The notes beneath the pieces were generated by a model that did no database searches, was not told where the DNA came from, and saw only the letters and a list, made by a program, of their open reading frames with translations. Positions 12,091-23,936 of a DNA stretch of 64,000 bases are shown one piece after another; positions within the stretch are counted from its first letter, which is position 1; every line of letters begins with the position of its first letter. Source of the stretch: Phallusia mammillata (taxonomy: Eukaryota); contig OZ281494.1 in the NCBI GenBank assembly GCA_965637545.1, forward strand, positions 33,852,001-33,916,000, given 5' to 3'. A program made the position numbers and the translations under genes.

Positions 12091-15079
12091 ATGCTATGTA
12101 TGCTAATTTATTCTTTACTTAGAAACAAAGTAGAAAATTGTGTCTGTTTTTGTCATCAATAAAATAGTAGTTTGTTAAACCAAAGTTAATCATTTAATCT
12201 AACAATAAACGCATCAAATCATTTCCCCTTTTTGTTATCATCAAATATATTTTTTCTAAAGTGAATATTTTGTATTCAATCATACATGTACTTAAATGAT
12301 TGATTTATTCAGAAATGGTAATAAGGTGTTTTTTCAAACAAAATTTTATATTTTGATTAAAAATTAAACTTTAGTAATGAATTTATCTAGAACCGTTGCT
12401 TTTGGGAAAAAATGGGAAATTTGTAACGCTTAAGGCATAGGTGATCTTTGCGATCATGTGCGCGGAGTGTAAAGTAGCGCACAATTTAAGCTACAAAACG
12501 TTTGGGAAACTCTAATTACGATTGATGAACGCTGTACTTGAGAAAACTTTTACACAAACGTTTATCAAGCGGCACGAATGCAATCATTTAATTTTTTTCT
12601 CATCTCAAAATATCCACAAATTTAACAATACAAAAAATTAAAAATAAAACCCCCAACACCGCGTTTTTTGTGCAATTAAATTAGAAACGTCAAAAGTTAT
12701 TAATGTGACATAAATAGTATTTTACTAGGAACAAGTCCTAACGTTGTCGTCATACCCTTAAAGTGACAAATTTTTCCACTCCTAGTTAATTTTAGCCGCA
12801 ATTATATTTTCCTGAGTCACCTGTGTATGATGACGATGGCTTTTGACGTAATTGTGACATCGGTTGTGTTGTCACCTGTTCAGTAACACAGAACAATACG
12901 GGTCGTCGTGTGTCAACAAATTAACTTATCACGAATTTTAACTATTCCAATCAGTTCACTGTTTTGAGGTAAACCATGGAAACCCCATAAAGCCGAAAGT
13001 TTTATAATGACTTCATGAATTGTGGCACAGTGACCTTATCTTGCTTCCCTTTCCGTCACTCGTTGTGGGAACAATCTTTAATTTTGGGATTTTTGTTGTT
13101 TAGGGTTAAAACTCCTAATTCCTCATTTCTTAAATCGCATTTCACGCAAACACGACGCACGACCTGTAAACCCAATGTTGTCGATCTAAATAATTTAAAA
13201 TCACTTCTCAAAACACTAAATACATCAGGCGCAAACCGCAGTCCCAAACACTCACACGTTTAAGTCGCGTTAGGACACGCCAACGCGTTAAGCATCACCG
13301 ACAGAGCGTGAACCCTCCTCAAAACATTGGATGGCGTCACAGTGATGTCATAGCGTAAATTGACAAGTGTCAGCTGATGCATTTGAACTTGGACCAACAT
13401 TGTCGTTTTGACAGGTTTCGATCGAAAGTGGGTCAGGTTAGGTTTGGACATGAAACGTCTTGATTTGGGTCTGTTGCTGACGTCACACTGAACATCATTT
13501 GTGCTGTGATCACAACTAGGTTTTACCTGCGTATCAAATCCTAATGGCTTCGAAATCGAATATATTTTTAGAGATTTGTGCAAATTCTTTGCATTTTACA
13601 TATAATTTGACGATTTACGTTTGCCAAAGTTTGAAGCAACCAAACTTTGCGAACCCATAGTCTGAAAATTCCTTCAGCAAATATGTTTCCCCTTCCTGAA
13701 ATTCAACAAAGAATTCCTTTGCAAACAGCACAACACCCAAAACTCTTTATTATCCAGCATTGCTTACCCCCTGCCAGAGTTTGAGATGTTTTAAAGGCTC
13801 AGAAACAGAGTCCATTATTGTGTATTTGACAGATACAAATCTCTGCTCTTAGAAACACGACCCACCACACTTGTTCAGTGTTTGTTTGGCATTCAGTGGA
13901 GTGCTCTTTAGGATCTGGATAAAAAGCACTTGTGCGCGGCGATTAGGGGTTCATTAGCCCGCGGTAATGGCGCCCCTTGACCGCAGGTATGTTATCGTCG
14001 TTTTTGCGTAGTTTCCCGTCGTTCAACGCTCTACCACAGGCAGAAAGAAAGTCGAATCTGCGCCCACTTTTACGCCAAGGCGAATTCACCAACTGTTGTG
14101 GGCTTTTGGAAAACTGTTCATCATTTTTACTTACAACGCAAAGTTAAAAAACAAGATGGCGTCAAATTGATGTAAAGTTACAAACTTTGCAACCAGGTGC
14201 ATTATATTTTTTAGTGAGTGTGAAATTCACGCACCAATCGAATGACTGGTTAATGTATAAAGAAACCAAACGATTCAAATGCATTGTCAGTGCCTTTTAT
14301 GACGCATTTAATATAAATGCTTGCTAATGTTAATAAAGCCCATTAGATTTAATCCTTCGGGGTGAAATCAGTGAATAAACTGTGTGAAATCCAATTCCAC
14401 CTTTACACGTCGTTCTAAACCTGAGAGCAAACACTGTACGGTAAAATGATTCACTTCCAGCTTTCAACAGGGTTAAATAACCGAAAAGGGTCTTTACAAC
14501 CCCACGTAATGATTATTACCCGTTAAATGGCAAACCAGCAGTCTTGGTCTTGTTAATATAAAATTTAAGTGGGTTTCTGACAAAGGCTTAGACACGCTTA
14601 TCTTTTAAATAGATTTGAAATCACACACGTTAGAAACATATATATTACATGACATGAACGTCGTCTGTATGATATACGGTAAAATAAATCATAATTATTG
14701 AGATATTCCTTGGAACTGAAGCACCATTAAAAACGTCGGTGGGTGAATGAGTAACGCGTGTGTCGTAAAAATCGAGCAAGACGTCTACAGTCTACACTGA
14801 CAGAGCAATCCCAAAATATCGCCAAAACAATCAGTAGTGAGCCACATCAGTAGACTTCGAAGCCACCAACAAGCTATGTTAGTCATCAATATATCATCGC
14901 AATTGTGCCAAAGAGTTGGTTTGAAAAACGCCGCCTAAAATGGTTCGTTGTCGTTTAGTCGTTTCAAACTAGAAATCTCGCAAAAACTTACGTTTTTCAC
15001 ACAAAACGTAGTTACGAAATACTGCATACGAAGCAGGCAACGATGCTTGCCATTCGACTTTCGGCGGTTTCTCCACTGA

Positions 15080-15150
15080 GCCTATGTTGCTCAGTTGGTA
15101 GACTGATAGTCTTCCTGTAGTGGGTTCGAATCCTACCGCAGGCTAGATTT
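15080..15150 (+). pseudogene. tRNA-like miniature (pseudo-tRNA or short SINE)
   Basis: A-box TGCTCAGTTGGTAGA, intact T-arm GTGGG-TTCGAAT-CCTAC, partial acceptor stem GCCTATG/CGCAGGC and a T5 run after it; anticodon arm is deleted. Confidence 0.65.
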
Positions 15151-15371
15151 TTCTAGTCTGTGCCTTAACGCCTTGAAATTGGTCTGGCGTATTATGATCG
15201 AAATACAAACAATAAATGGTGCTTGGCGGCTAAATGCTAAAATAACTGATTTTAATAAAATCAAAAGCTAAGACATTCAGTTTTGACCTGATGCAGACGT
15301 TTCAACAAACGCTTGTGTCGTCGCTTATGCAGACCTTAGTCCAACAGTTTCCATCAGGAAGTTCATGTTTT

Positions 15372-15460
15372 AACGGGTTTCGAACCCACGACCTTCCGAG
15401 TAGAAATCCCGATCATTTTTATGTCTTAGTTTTGGTCAGGCGCTTTAAACCACGCTGCCG
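15372..15460 (-). mobile_element. tRNA-derived SINE head, same family as 60,374
   Basis: Minus strand ...GCGCCTGACC..AGACATAAAAATGATCGGGATT...GTCGTGGGTTCGAAACCC matches the 60,374 element motif for motif. Confidence 0.7.
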
Positions 15461-16947
15461 TGTTTTCCAAGTAGCGAGATTTCGGGTAAATTGGTTTTAC
15501 ATCGAAAATAGCATGCCAAAGATCGCTGCGGTGACTAAAAACCAATTTACTCTGATCGTCGTTGTGTGCTTGGTGCTTCTTTGCACGAAAACATTTGTTC
15601 AGGGACCTCACTTCGAAACCGTGTTATCTCGATTAAGTCGAATTCGAGAGCCCGGTCACATTCCACAAATACCAGACCTGCCCTGACTTCGACCTCTCCC
15701 ACCACACGCGTCTTCACCACCGAATGTTGATCGCTTGTCGAGCGTTGCGCGGTAAAGGTCAAAAAGGTTCAATGGCAATTTTACGCCCATTATTGTAACC
15801 GCAACGAAAATTTGTGTTGATTGGATTTGCACTGTGATTTCAAAAACAGCAACTAGCTAAAGATGGAATGATAGTTTAGAAAATGTTGGAAATTTTATTC
15901 CAAATTAATCACAGCAAATATATGACTAGACTCCAGTAGAATGTCTTCAAAAACTGATTAATTGTGATTTAGCAGTGATTGGAAAATTACACGAACTCAA
16001 TTTGAAATGTTAGTGTAAAAAAATTTTTTTAGGTCTAAATCAATCGTCGCAAACATCCAAAAATATTTGGTCGAAACCATACAGGATTTCTTCACGAACA
16101 GATTAATTAAATATTTTGCCATATTGTGAACACAACAAATTTTCCTGTTCATGTTGTTAAAATTTAGTTGTAAGTCGTTTGAAAAGATTTTTTTAGCTTT
16201 TTGCCTTTAAGTGTTTCTCGGTTTAAATGGTTTTATGGGCTGTTTTACAACCAACCTATTTTCTCAAGTTATTGGTCCTTATTGGAAACGTCACGTTGGT
16301 AAAGTGCTGTGGTAAGGATCCACATAATACCCTTTTTTGTCACCAACACCCTCCATCACACGAATCATGAGATTTTCGCGTGAAATGAGTCAAATTTAAA
16401 GCGGGTGATTTCAAACCTAAAAACTTTTCATCAGCCACTAGAGACTGTGTTTAACTCCCTGCAGCAACTCAGGGTCGTAAATTTTGCTCATAAAAGGATT
16501 ATTGCACTGAGAAAGAGGTTCTTGACCAAACAAACACAGCCTCAAAGGCGCTGGAAGGACAGCTAATAAACTCTTATTGACTCTGCCCCATGCCTTCATT
16601 GCTTTCTCCCGTTTTCAAGGCTTTATTTTCTGTCCAGTCATGAAAACCAAACCGTGTTTTCCGGGAAACAACAATAGCGCTCAACTTTCGTCACCAAAGG
16701 GAGGACGGAGCGAAAGCAAAATATTTGGCAACTTTTTATTGTTGTTTTTGTTTTGTGCGGGTTTTCCTTTAAGGATTCATAATCTCGTATTATTTAGTGG
16801 TTTCACTTTACGTGCACAGGGACACACACATATTGTGAGACTTATTCCTGACCAACAGAATAGAATTCGTTTGGTATCACCAAGTAGGTTTTGCAGATAT
16901 AGCTAACAAATCCTTGTATACAGTGCTTTTATGTTTAATTTGCTGTA

Positions 16948-17111
16948 CAGTAAACCTCGATTAACTCGGATCTTCGCCTAATTCGTACAAAACTTGAGGT
17001 GCAAATGACTTATAATGTGGTAAGGCTTAAACTAATCGACAACGGGTAATCCGGATCTTCGCCCATTTCGGACAATCCTTTGGTCCAAACGGGTCCGGAT
17101 AAGGTTTACTG
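16948..17111. mobile_element. Tigger/pogo-type (Tc1/mariner) MITE, 164 bp
   Basis: TA|CAGTAAACCT ... AGGTTTACTG|TA; internal repeated CGGATCTTCGCC motif. Confidence 0.8.
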
Positions 17112-17215
17112 TAGTTTACAGCAATTGCTTCATTGGACTGCATCCATATATTGTATATTTAAACATTGTAGATAGATCACTATGTACTCCGACCCTAACT
17201 TTAACCCCAAAACAA

Positions 17216-17268
17216 TGCGGTCAGTTGAAAAGCAGCAGGTAATGAGTTCGAATCCCAGCTCAACCTCA
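17216..17268 (+). mobile_element. Degenerate tRNA-derived repeat
   Basis: B-box GAGTTCGAATCCCAGC preceded by weak A-box-like GCGGTCAGTTG. Confidence 0.4.
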
Positions 17269-19390
17269 GTGCTGTTTATGGTTACCAATCTGGTGGGGCA
17301 TTGTATTACTTAGTAACGAAAAGAATGCATCATAAAATACCATTCGATAAATACTATTTGGTTTTTGTTGTTGTCCATCTAGTTTAATAAATTTGATAAC
17401 ACTGGAATTAATCACAGTTTACTGAATGTTATAGTTCTGAAAAAAGGTATTCTCACATCGTTACTAGTCGTTCTGGAATTTTATTTAGTCACTTTACCAA
17501 GTTAACAAAATATCTGATGATTAAATGGTTCAGGCGTCAGGGTGTCTTGTGTAAAGTAATACTTAACGTCGTCACGCAAAGCTTCTGAAAACCGAGAACG
17601 TCGCGATTTTAAATAAAACGCGCCGCTATCTTTACTAAAATTCCTAAACACGCAAATGTGACAAATCGGTTTTACGTCAAGCCATGTGTGACGAAACGCA
17701 TTGGACAAGTTTCAGTAACGTTTCGTTGTCCAACTTCTGTATTCTGTAATTTTATGTCGTCATTGTGGCTCGTAGCATTCATAAAACACGAGTTAGTCGT
17801 CTGTTTGTACAATGAAACGGTATTTTGTTGAGCACTCAGCCATTGTAACATTACTGTGGTGAAGAGATGTCTGTAGTAAGACGATTTTGTGTTTATGTCT
17901 TTCCGAAATACCAAAGTCTTCTTCCAAATTATCTTTATTGCTATTAGATAACTTTTCGCTAAACATTTGGGCATTATTTTATAAAGTTTGCAAAAATTGC
18001 GCACTTTTCGGCCCAAAGTATTGTTTTAGTTTTAAAAATGACACGAGGTTTTTATTTTGCAACATGCTACAGAGCGAGCTAGAAGTTAAGCATTGCTTTG
18101 TTAAAGGAACCAGGAACGACGTGCTTTTCTCATTACGGTGTGCACCACGTGCCTGTTGCTTGTATCTGATAATATTCCACATTACTTACGTGTCGCATTC
18201 CGTAAATAACTTGTACATTTGTCAGGGTAACAGAGTTTAAACTTTTCCAGTAAAATCTTGAAATCTTGCTGATACTTGAATAGTGGACAACACATTCTAA
18301 GGTAAATCCTTGAGTGATGTAGGTTTTGATAAGGTGGACTTTGACCAGAAACGCATCACACACAACAGAGCTATTTTGTATTTACTAATCAAGAATATGC
18401 TTCAGTTTTCATGTATCTTGGCCTGGTGTGGCATTTCTGTGCTTTTATGCAATAACACACCTTTCAAACGGTATTATGAGTCACTTGCGATTGCATGGTA
18501 TAACGAAGAAATTGTTGCAGGCATTAAGGTAATGTTTTTGTAGACAGGAGAGATATGAAATGTATTGTTCATCCTAATCCGCGTATTTAACCCAATTACG
18601 TTTTTGCGCTCTGATAACTCAAGTAACCTGGGTATTAAATGCATTATCCATAAAGAGGGTAAGGGTGTCAAAGAAACTCTTAAATTTTATCTTTGAAATG
18701 CACAAAGGGGTAAATTAGATTAAAACGTTTGAGAATTTTAAACCGTGATTGTGATAACACACTTTGATTGACAGGACAAAAAAGACTCATTTTCACATAA
18801 AGTAGCACAGCTTTTTCCAATCACCAGAGTTCAAAAGTCCATTTTGCCCCGCCTCCAATATTAGGTTTACACTGCGCCACAATTCAACGAACCTTCAGTT
18901 TTATCATGTACTAAGCTATGTCACACTCGAGGAGGCAATTTTCACTTGTTATTGCGTGCGGAGAAGCAAGTTTCAGGAGCTTTTATCAGTTGTTTTCAAG
19001 CCTTTTTATGTTTACCCACAGCGATATGTGGCTGGATTTGAACTTTGGATATTCTTGCCGCTTCAGCCGCATTTTTTGCCGATATTTTTCTGCACCACAC
19101 AAAGGACCAATTGTTCGCTGTTTGTGGGGTAGCAGAATCGGTTTGTGTGCATATAAGGGAGTGCAGAGTGTCAATTAGATATGTAAGCATAATGTACACC
19201 ACTAAATGGGATGTTATTTCTTATTCCCTGCTACTTTGCCCTTAACACTATTCGTAGCCCGTAGAGTGTAGGTGCGCGTTGCTTATTCAAATATTGCCCC
19301 CACAACGCATTTAGGGCAGGCAACACTATCCACACGTTCGGCCTATATTGACCTCATGCATGATCTGCACAAAAGTGGGCAAAGACAACT

Positions 19391-19485
19391 GATCGGTTAG
19401 CGCTAGTACTCACAAGGTTCTGAGTTCTAATTTTGTCACGGCCACCAGTGCATCCCCGAGCAAGAAACTTAAGCGGCATTACTCC
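19391..19485 (+). mobile_element. tRNA-headed SINE with CORE-like segment
   Basis: GGTTAGCGC..CTCACAAGGTTCTGAGTTCTAAT head, then GTGCATCCCCGAGCAAGAAACTTAA, resembling the CORE-SINE GTGTCCTTGGGCAAG.CACTTAA motif. Confidence 0.5.
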
Positions 19486-20124
19486 AACGGCATTTGATGG
19501 GTTGGACTACTTTAAAGTTACCAATTCCTAAGTCGAAAAAGTTAAATAAAAGATGGTTCAATGGACTTGCAATAAAACAGGCAGCTCGATGGCGGACTCA
19601 TTGTAAACATAACGTATTTAGACATTGCCCACCAATCATAAAAATGAATCAATCAAATATTAATTTGTTTAATATGATACACAAGCATGCTGTTTTTCGT
19701 TTAATGTCTACTTTTGTTGTATTGTTATCACAGCAGATGTATGTGCATTTTTGCCCATGCATTCATAAAACTCAACATCATAGCACCACAAAGCCCGTTT
19801 TGGGAACCCTTGACTTGAAGCCTTGGGTCGAGTGCATGTTACGTCAACAAACAAGTAATGGTAGTGTGCCCGATATCTTTGCGTTGTGTACTAAAGGATG
19901 GTGTCTTATCTTTCCCTCCGTTCGACTTTTACCCCATGAAGCACTTAATGGGGGACTTAAAAAAAACTTTGCAACAGGACTTTGGATCCTTAAGTAAAAT
20001 TTCGACTTTCCTTCTTCACACAAGCGCAAATATCCAGCTCCTGTGAGCTTGCGTATGGGAATGCTAGAAAAAAAGCTAAAACTATTTTGTTTTAGTTATT
20101 TCTTTATTGTTTTTTCCTCTAAGG

Positions 20125-20279
20125 CAGGGGTGCGAGAACTGTTCCTAGGGGGTGCGGGGATGCTGAATCATTAAGGCTGGTGAGGTCTATTCTATATAAG
20201 TAAAAAAATCCAGGGGGTGCGAAAATTGGTTGGTGATTTAAAAAGGGGTGCAGCAAGGAAAAAAGGTTAAGAACCACTG
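20125..20279. mobile_element. hAT (Charlie/MER5-like) MITE, 155 bp
   Basis: CAGGGGTGCGAGAAC ... GGTTAAGAACCACTG; perfect TSD CTCTAAGG at 20,117-20,124 and 20,280-20,287. Confidence 0.85.
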
Positions 20280-20436
20280 CTCTAAGGGTTGCTGCACATT
20301 GCCCGTTGTGAACTAGCCTCATTTTAGATTGCAAACGTACTGTACTTATAGCAGGGTTTAAAGTTGGTGGTTATAAATCCGGGTTTTCGCTGGGTCATAG
20401 CAATGCTGCTAAAGTTTCCAACATAGGCAAACATAA

Positions 20437-20480
20437 GTGACCGAGATGGGATCAGAACCCACAACCTCGTGAACACTATA
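20437..20480 (-). mobile_element. tRNA-derived SINE fragment
   Basis: Minus strand GTTCACGAGGTTGTGGGTTCTGATCCCATCTCGGTCAC; related to 19,391 and 23,367. Confidence 0.5.
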
Positions 20481-20789
20481 ACTTGCCACCACAAGTTTAT
20501 TAAAAACTGATTGACAGTAGAATTAAATAGGACGAAGGTTTAAGTATTTACCTAAAATTATCTTTGGAAAGCGATTCTCCGCATATGTATAATTGTGGGC
20601 ATTGACAGCACAGCAGGGGGGATGTACTTGAATTTGTTGATATATGGCGTTTTGACACTCAATGTGGCAGCGGTTCTTTGTTTGATGTTTACATTATGCC
20701 CTTACATTTTATATTGAAGTGTCCCCCTTAATAAAGAGCAGTTTGTTGATTTGCCTGTGACAGAACGTGCAAAATAGATCGATTAATTA

Positions 20790-20845
20790 AGTAAGCAGCA
20801 GACAGTGCACGATGTTTCGACCTGTGGGGTCCCATCAGTGCGGTA
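20790..20845 (-). ncRNA. Degenerate minimal hammerhead ribozyme (family A)
   Basis: Minus strand CTGATGG-GACC-ccaca-GGTC-GAAAC-ATC-GTGCACTGTCTGCTGCTTA: perfect 4-bp stem II, one core change (A to G); paralogous to 37,785. Confidence 0.65.
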
Positions 20846-21370
20846 GGTGACAAAAAATGACATTTTTTGTAAAATTATAACAAATTGAAGTTTAATTAAA
20901 ACAAAAACATACGTTACAAGGAAAAAAGGGTTAGGAAACACAGGTTTAGCATTAGGTCAAGTGCCTCGTGGTATTGATAACGTTGTATCAACGTGTCTTG
21001 TTATGTTGACTCGTGAATTTGCTTAAGGTTGGGAATTTGATAAGTGGTCCGACGAGAATGTTACCTCCTCAAACGAGGCATCGTGTGTGGAGTATGGTCT
21101 ACAAGCTACGTGTGATCGATGGTGTTTTCCAACGTTGCTAGTGAACGTCTTAATTTAGGCAGTTGCTGTTTGCCTGTTTATGCCGCAAATAGCTACGGTA
21201 TAGTTCGCTGTAAAGGTTATGTTTTTAGGTTTATTTCTACTTGACTGTACGTGTGTCTCTGTCGGTATTTTGGCAATCATTTTCGAAGTTAATTTTTAAA
21301 CTTATGTCCTTTATTGGTTTTATTGAGGAATATAACCGCCCAAATAGGCTTAAAAAGCGACTTGCTTTTC

Positions 21371-21413
21371 TATTCAAACGTTTCGGCAAACGATAATGCC
21401 ATCATCAGTGATA
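21371..21413 (-). ncRNA. Minimal type I hammerhead ribozyme motif (family B)
   Basis: Minus strand TATCA-CTGATGA-T-GGCA-ttatcgtt-TGCC-GAAA-C-GT-T-TGA(A)TA: intact core, stem II, 2-bp palindromic stem III and stem I; two AATAAA follow downstream. Confidence 0.75.
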
Positions 21414-23366
21414 TGAGGGGTCACATCAGTTACACCAGTTTGTTAACACTTCATTCACGTAAAATATTGATTTTGGATTCGTAAAATAGTTTGTTGTCTA
21501 ATGTTGAAACTCTAGAATAACCAGTCAATCGCACAGTTCTATGACTTAGTTGTGCAAAATCGCGAAATTCAGTGGTTTTAAGTTTCTGCCATTGCTCCTC
21601 AAATGTCGCACTATCTTCGGAATCCTCGCTAGTAAAATCAATTACCTTCGGATAGTGTCAGCAAAAACAGGCAGATCAAAATTCAACACTGGATTAATCG
21701 GGTTAAAAATCTCACCCAATGATTCAGAGATACTTAGCGATGCCACCAGCTGTTGATAAACCCACGTCGCGACGCTGTCTGGATTTTCGAACGCTCTCCA
21801 GACTTTGGGAGGCATTCCTGGTTTGTAAAAATCAATTTTAATAATGGTTGTAAAATTTATGCAGGACTTGGTACGTTGCGAGGGGCGGTATTTGATGTAA
21901 AGTAAGATATAAACTTTCGCAATAAAACGCCAACTTATTCAAATAGAATGAAAAGAGAGGATATGTGGAAAAACATTTGAATAATAACACTTATCGTTTT
22001 TTTCTTCTCAAGTTTATAGTCCAAAGCCTGACTAAGCCTGTCTGTTTGTTGCTGTGATTTTCGCAAAACGTTTACGCATATAATTTTTTGTTATTTTATT
22101 GCTTCTATCTTCTACGTGTGTGATTTTGGTTACTTGCAGAGGCGTTAGCATTTTAAAACACTAGGTTAAATGTTCCTATTATGATCTGTTTGCCATATAG
22201 GGTGGTACAGAAACTTAGGGTTAGTCCTAATCTATTCCCTAACGTTGCGTTATGGGAGCAATACTTTTGTTAAATTTTTGCTTACTTTGGGATGTTTTGA
22301 CGCTTTTTAGCCCTTTTGTTTGCGCTACTTTATAAGTCGCATTTGATCTCTTAACACTTCATAATAACGCACAATACCACTCTTTTACGTTAAATTAGAA
22401 ATTTTAAAACAATGTTATAAGAAATATATGGAAAAATTGGCTGCGGAACTACAATGAAATTGAACTATATTTGGTGATGCCAACTTGGTGAAATGTACAT
22501 TCCTTTCATATGGAGCTGACTGATTTTGTTTAACCAAGCGTTAGCACCTAAAGGTTGCCTTGCTTAGAAATTTAAAATAAATCAAACCATATTTACCCCA
22601 AACAACCGAATAACTATTGACACAATCATAGAAACCACGCCTATGCTCCACCCCCGCTCCTTGACCAATCAACGCTTTAGCGACAACATTTACATCCAAG
22701 CAGGCAACATCCACAATAAAACAGCCACCCGACCTCGTTATCACAATCGCGATTATTACGTCTTAATGTCGCGACAATAGAGCTAATGTCATTCGTCTGT
22801 CGTTTGTTTGTTGATGCTTGACAAGACGCTGTATACACACAACGGTTCGTGATTTTTCGCAACTTTTACGGGTCGTATTGCACCTACGATGTTTATGGCG
22901 TCTTTCGTCAATAAAGAATCATTCCCATTTATTTAAACAACCTTTTTAGACGAACCAAATGTAAGAACTCTTTGTCCCTGGAAGTCTCGCCAGCCGTTTA
23001 TCTACCGGCTACGTAAAAGGTTTCGCGGAACAGGGCTGTTAAAGTTGCTACCAATTAGAATATTGTAAAATCTTTCTTTTGGAGCGAGTCTGAAGGTCAT
23101 GTTTCACCAAACCGTTAAACACCTTTGCCTACACACAATTTACGAAGGACGAACGCCTCGTCTGGTCTAATAGACAGAACGCAAGCGCCGAATCAACACA
23201 AGGTTTGCGATTAAGTGAAGTTCCGTTCGGTTTTCAGAAGCGTCACAATAAGACTCTCACTGAGCCTGGAAATTGCTGCGCAAGGTTTTGACGTTATGAA
23301 GCGAACCAGGGCAAAAACGCGCTGCAGCTACACTTGTATTGTAAAACGATTTCCTTAATGAAACCC

Positions 23367-23410
23367 TGGCGCTCACAAGGTTGTGTGTTCTAATCCCGTA
23401 TCAGCCTTAA
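23367..23410 (+). mobile_element. tRNA-derived SINE fragment
   Basis: GGCGCTCACAAGGTTGTGTGTTCTAATCCCGTA; shares CTCACAAGGTT..GTTCTAAT with 19,391. Confidence 0.5.
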
Positions 23411-23877
23411 GTTTTTATTATCATATTCGAGGAGTGTTGTTTTACTAAATTCAACAGCCATCTACGTTATTTTTTACCTTTATTATTCGATTTTTTTATC
23501 ATTTGGCCTAAAATGATGTAGGTTGTTTAATCAGGTGTTAAACAATTCCATATATGTTTTTGAAGCTATTGTTTATTTAAATGAACGCTCGTATGGTTAA
23601 AGCACTAGTTGCTGAACACGAAATACTGATTACCTTCCGCTTACTGGGAACGTCAGTTAAAAACGTGACCCATAAATTAATAGGTAACAGGTAACAGGTT
23701 GTAAACCCGAGTCCAAAAGGTGCTGGACTATATATTTTGCCTCAGACAGACGTAACGTAAGCGGCTGATCAACGGACAACTGTTGGTTTGTATACACTGA
23801 TGTGGTTTTCTGTCTCCTTTGTGAGACAAGTTTAATTTGATTAATTCCATGCACAGCAAATCCTTCGCCGTTGAATG

Positions 23878-23936
23878 TTGCTGGTAAAAACGCTATGTGA
23901 TCGCAAGGGTATGGGTTTTAATCTCTTCGCAGCCCG
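23878..23936 (+). mobile_element. Highly degenerate tRNA-like repeat
   Basis: TTGCTGGTAAAAACGCT...CGCAAGGGTATGGGTTTTAATCTC...GCAGCCC: eroded A and B boxes. Confidence 0.3.

Noticed and set aside
15080-15145. Functional tRNA gene
   Set aside because: Anticodon arm is missing and the D-stem is unpaired; kept only as a tRNA-derived element.
16406-16435. CTGATGA...GAAA on the minus strand
   Set aside because: Stem II is only A/T-run pairing, and there is no stem III or cleavage triplet.
19494-19997. 167-aa plus ORF
   Set aside because: Runs through AT-rich and MITE-fragment sequence, has no splice context or motifs, and a length near chance expectation.
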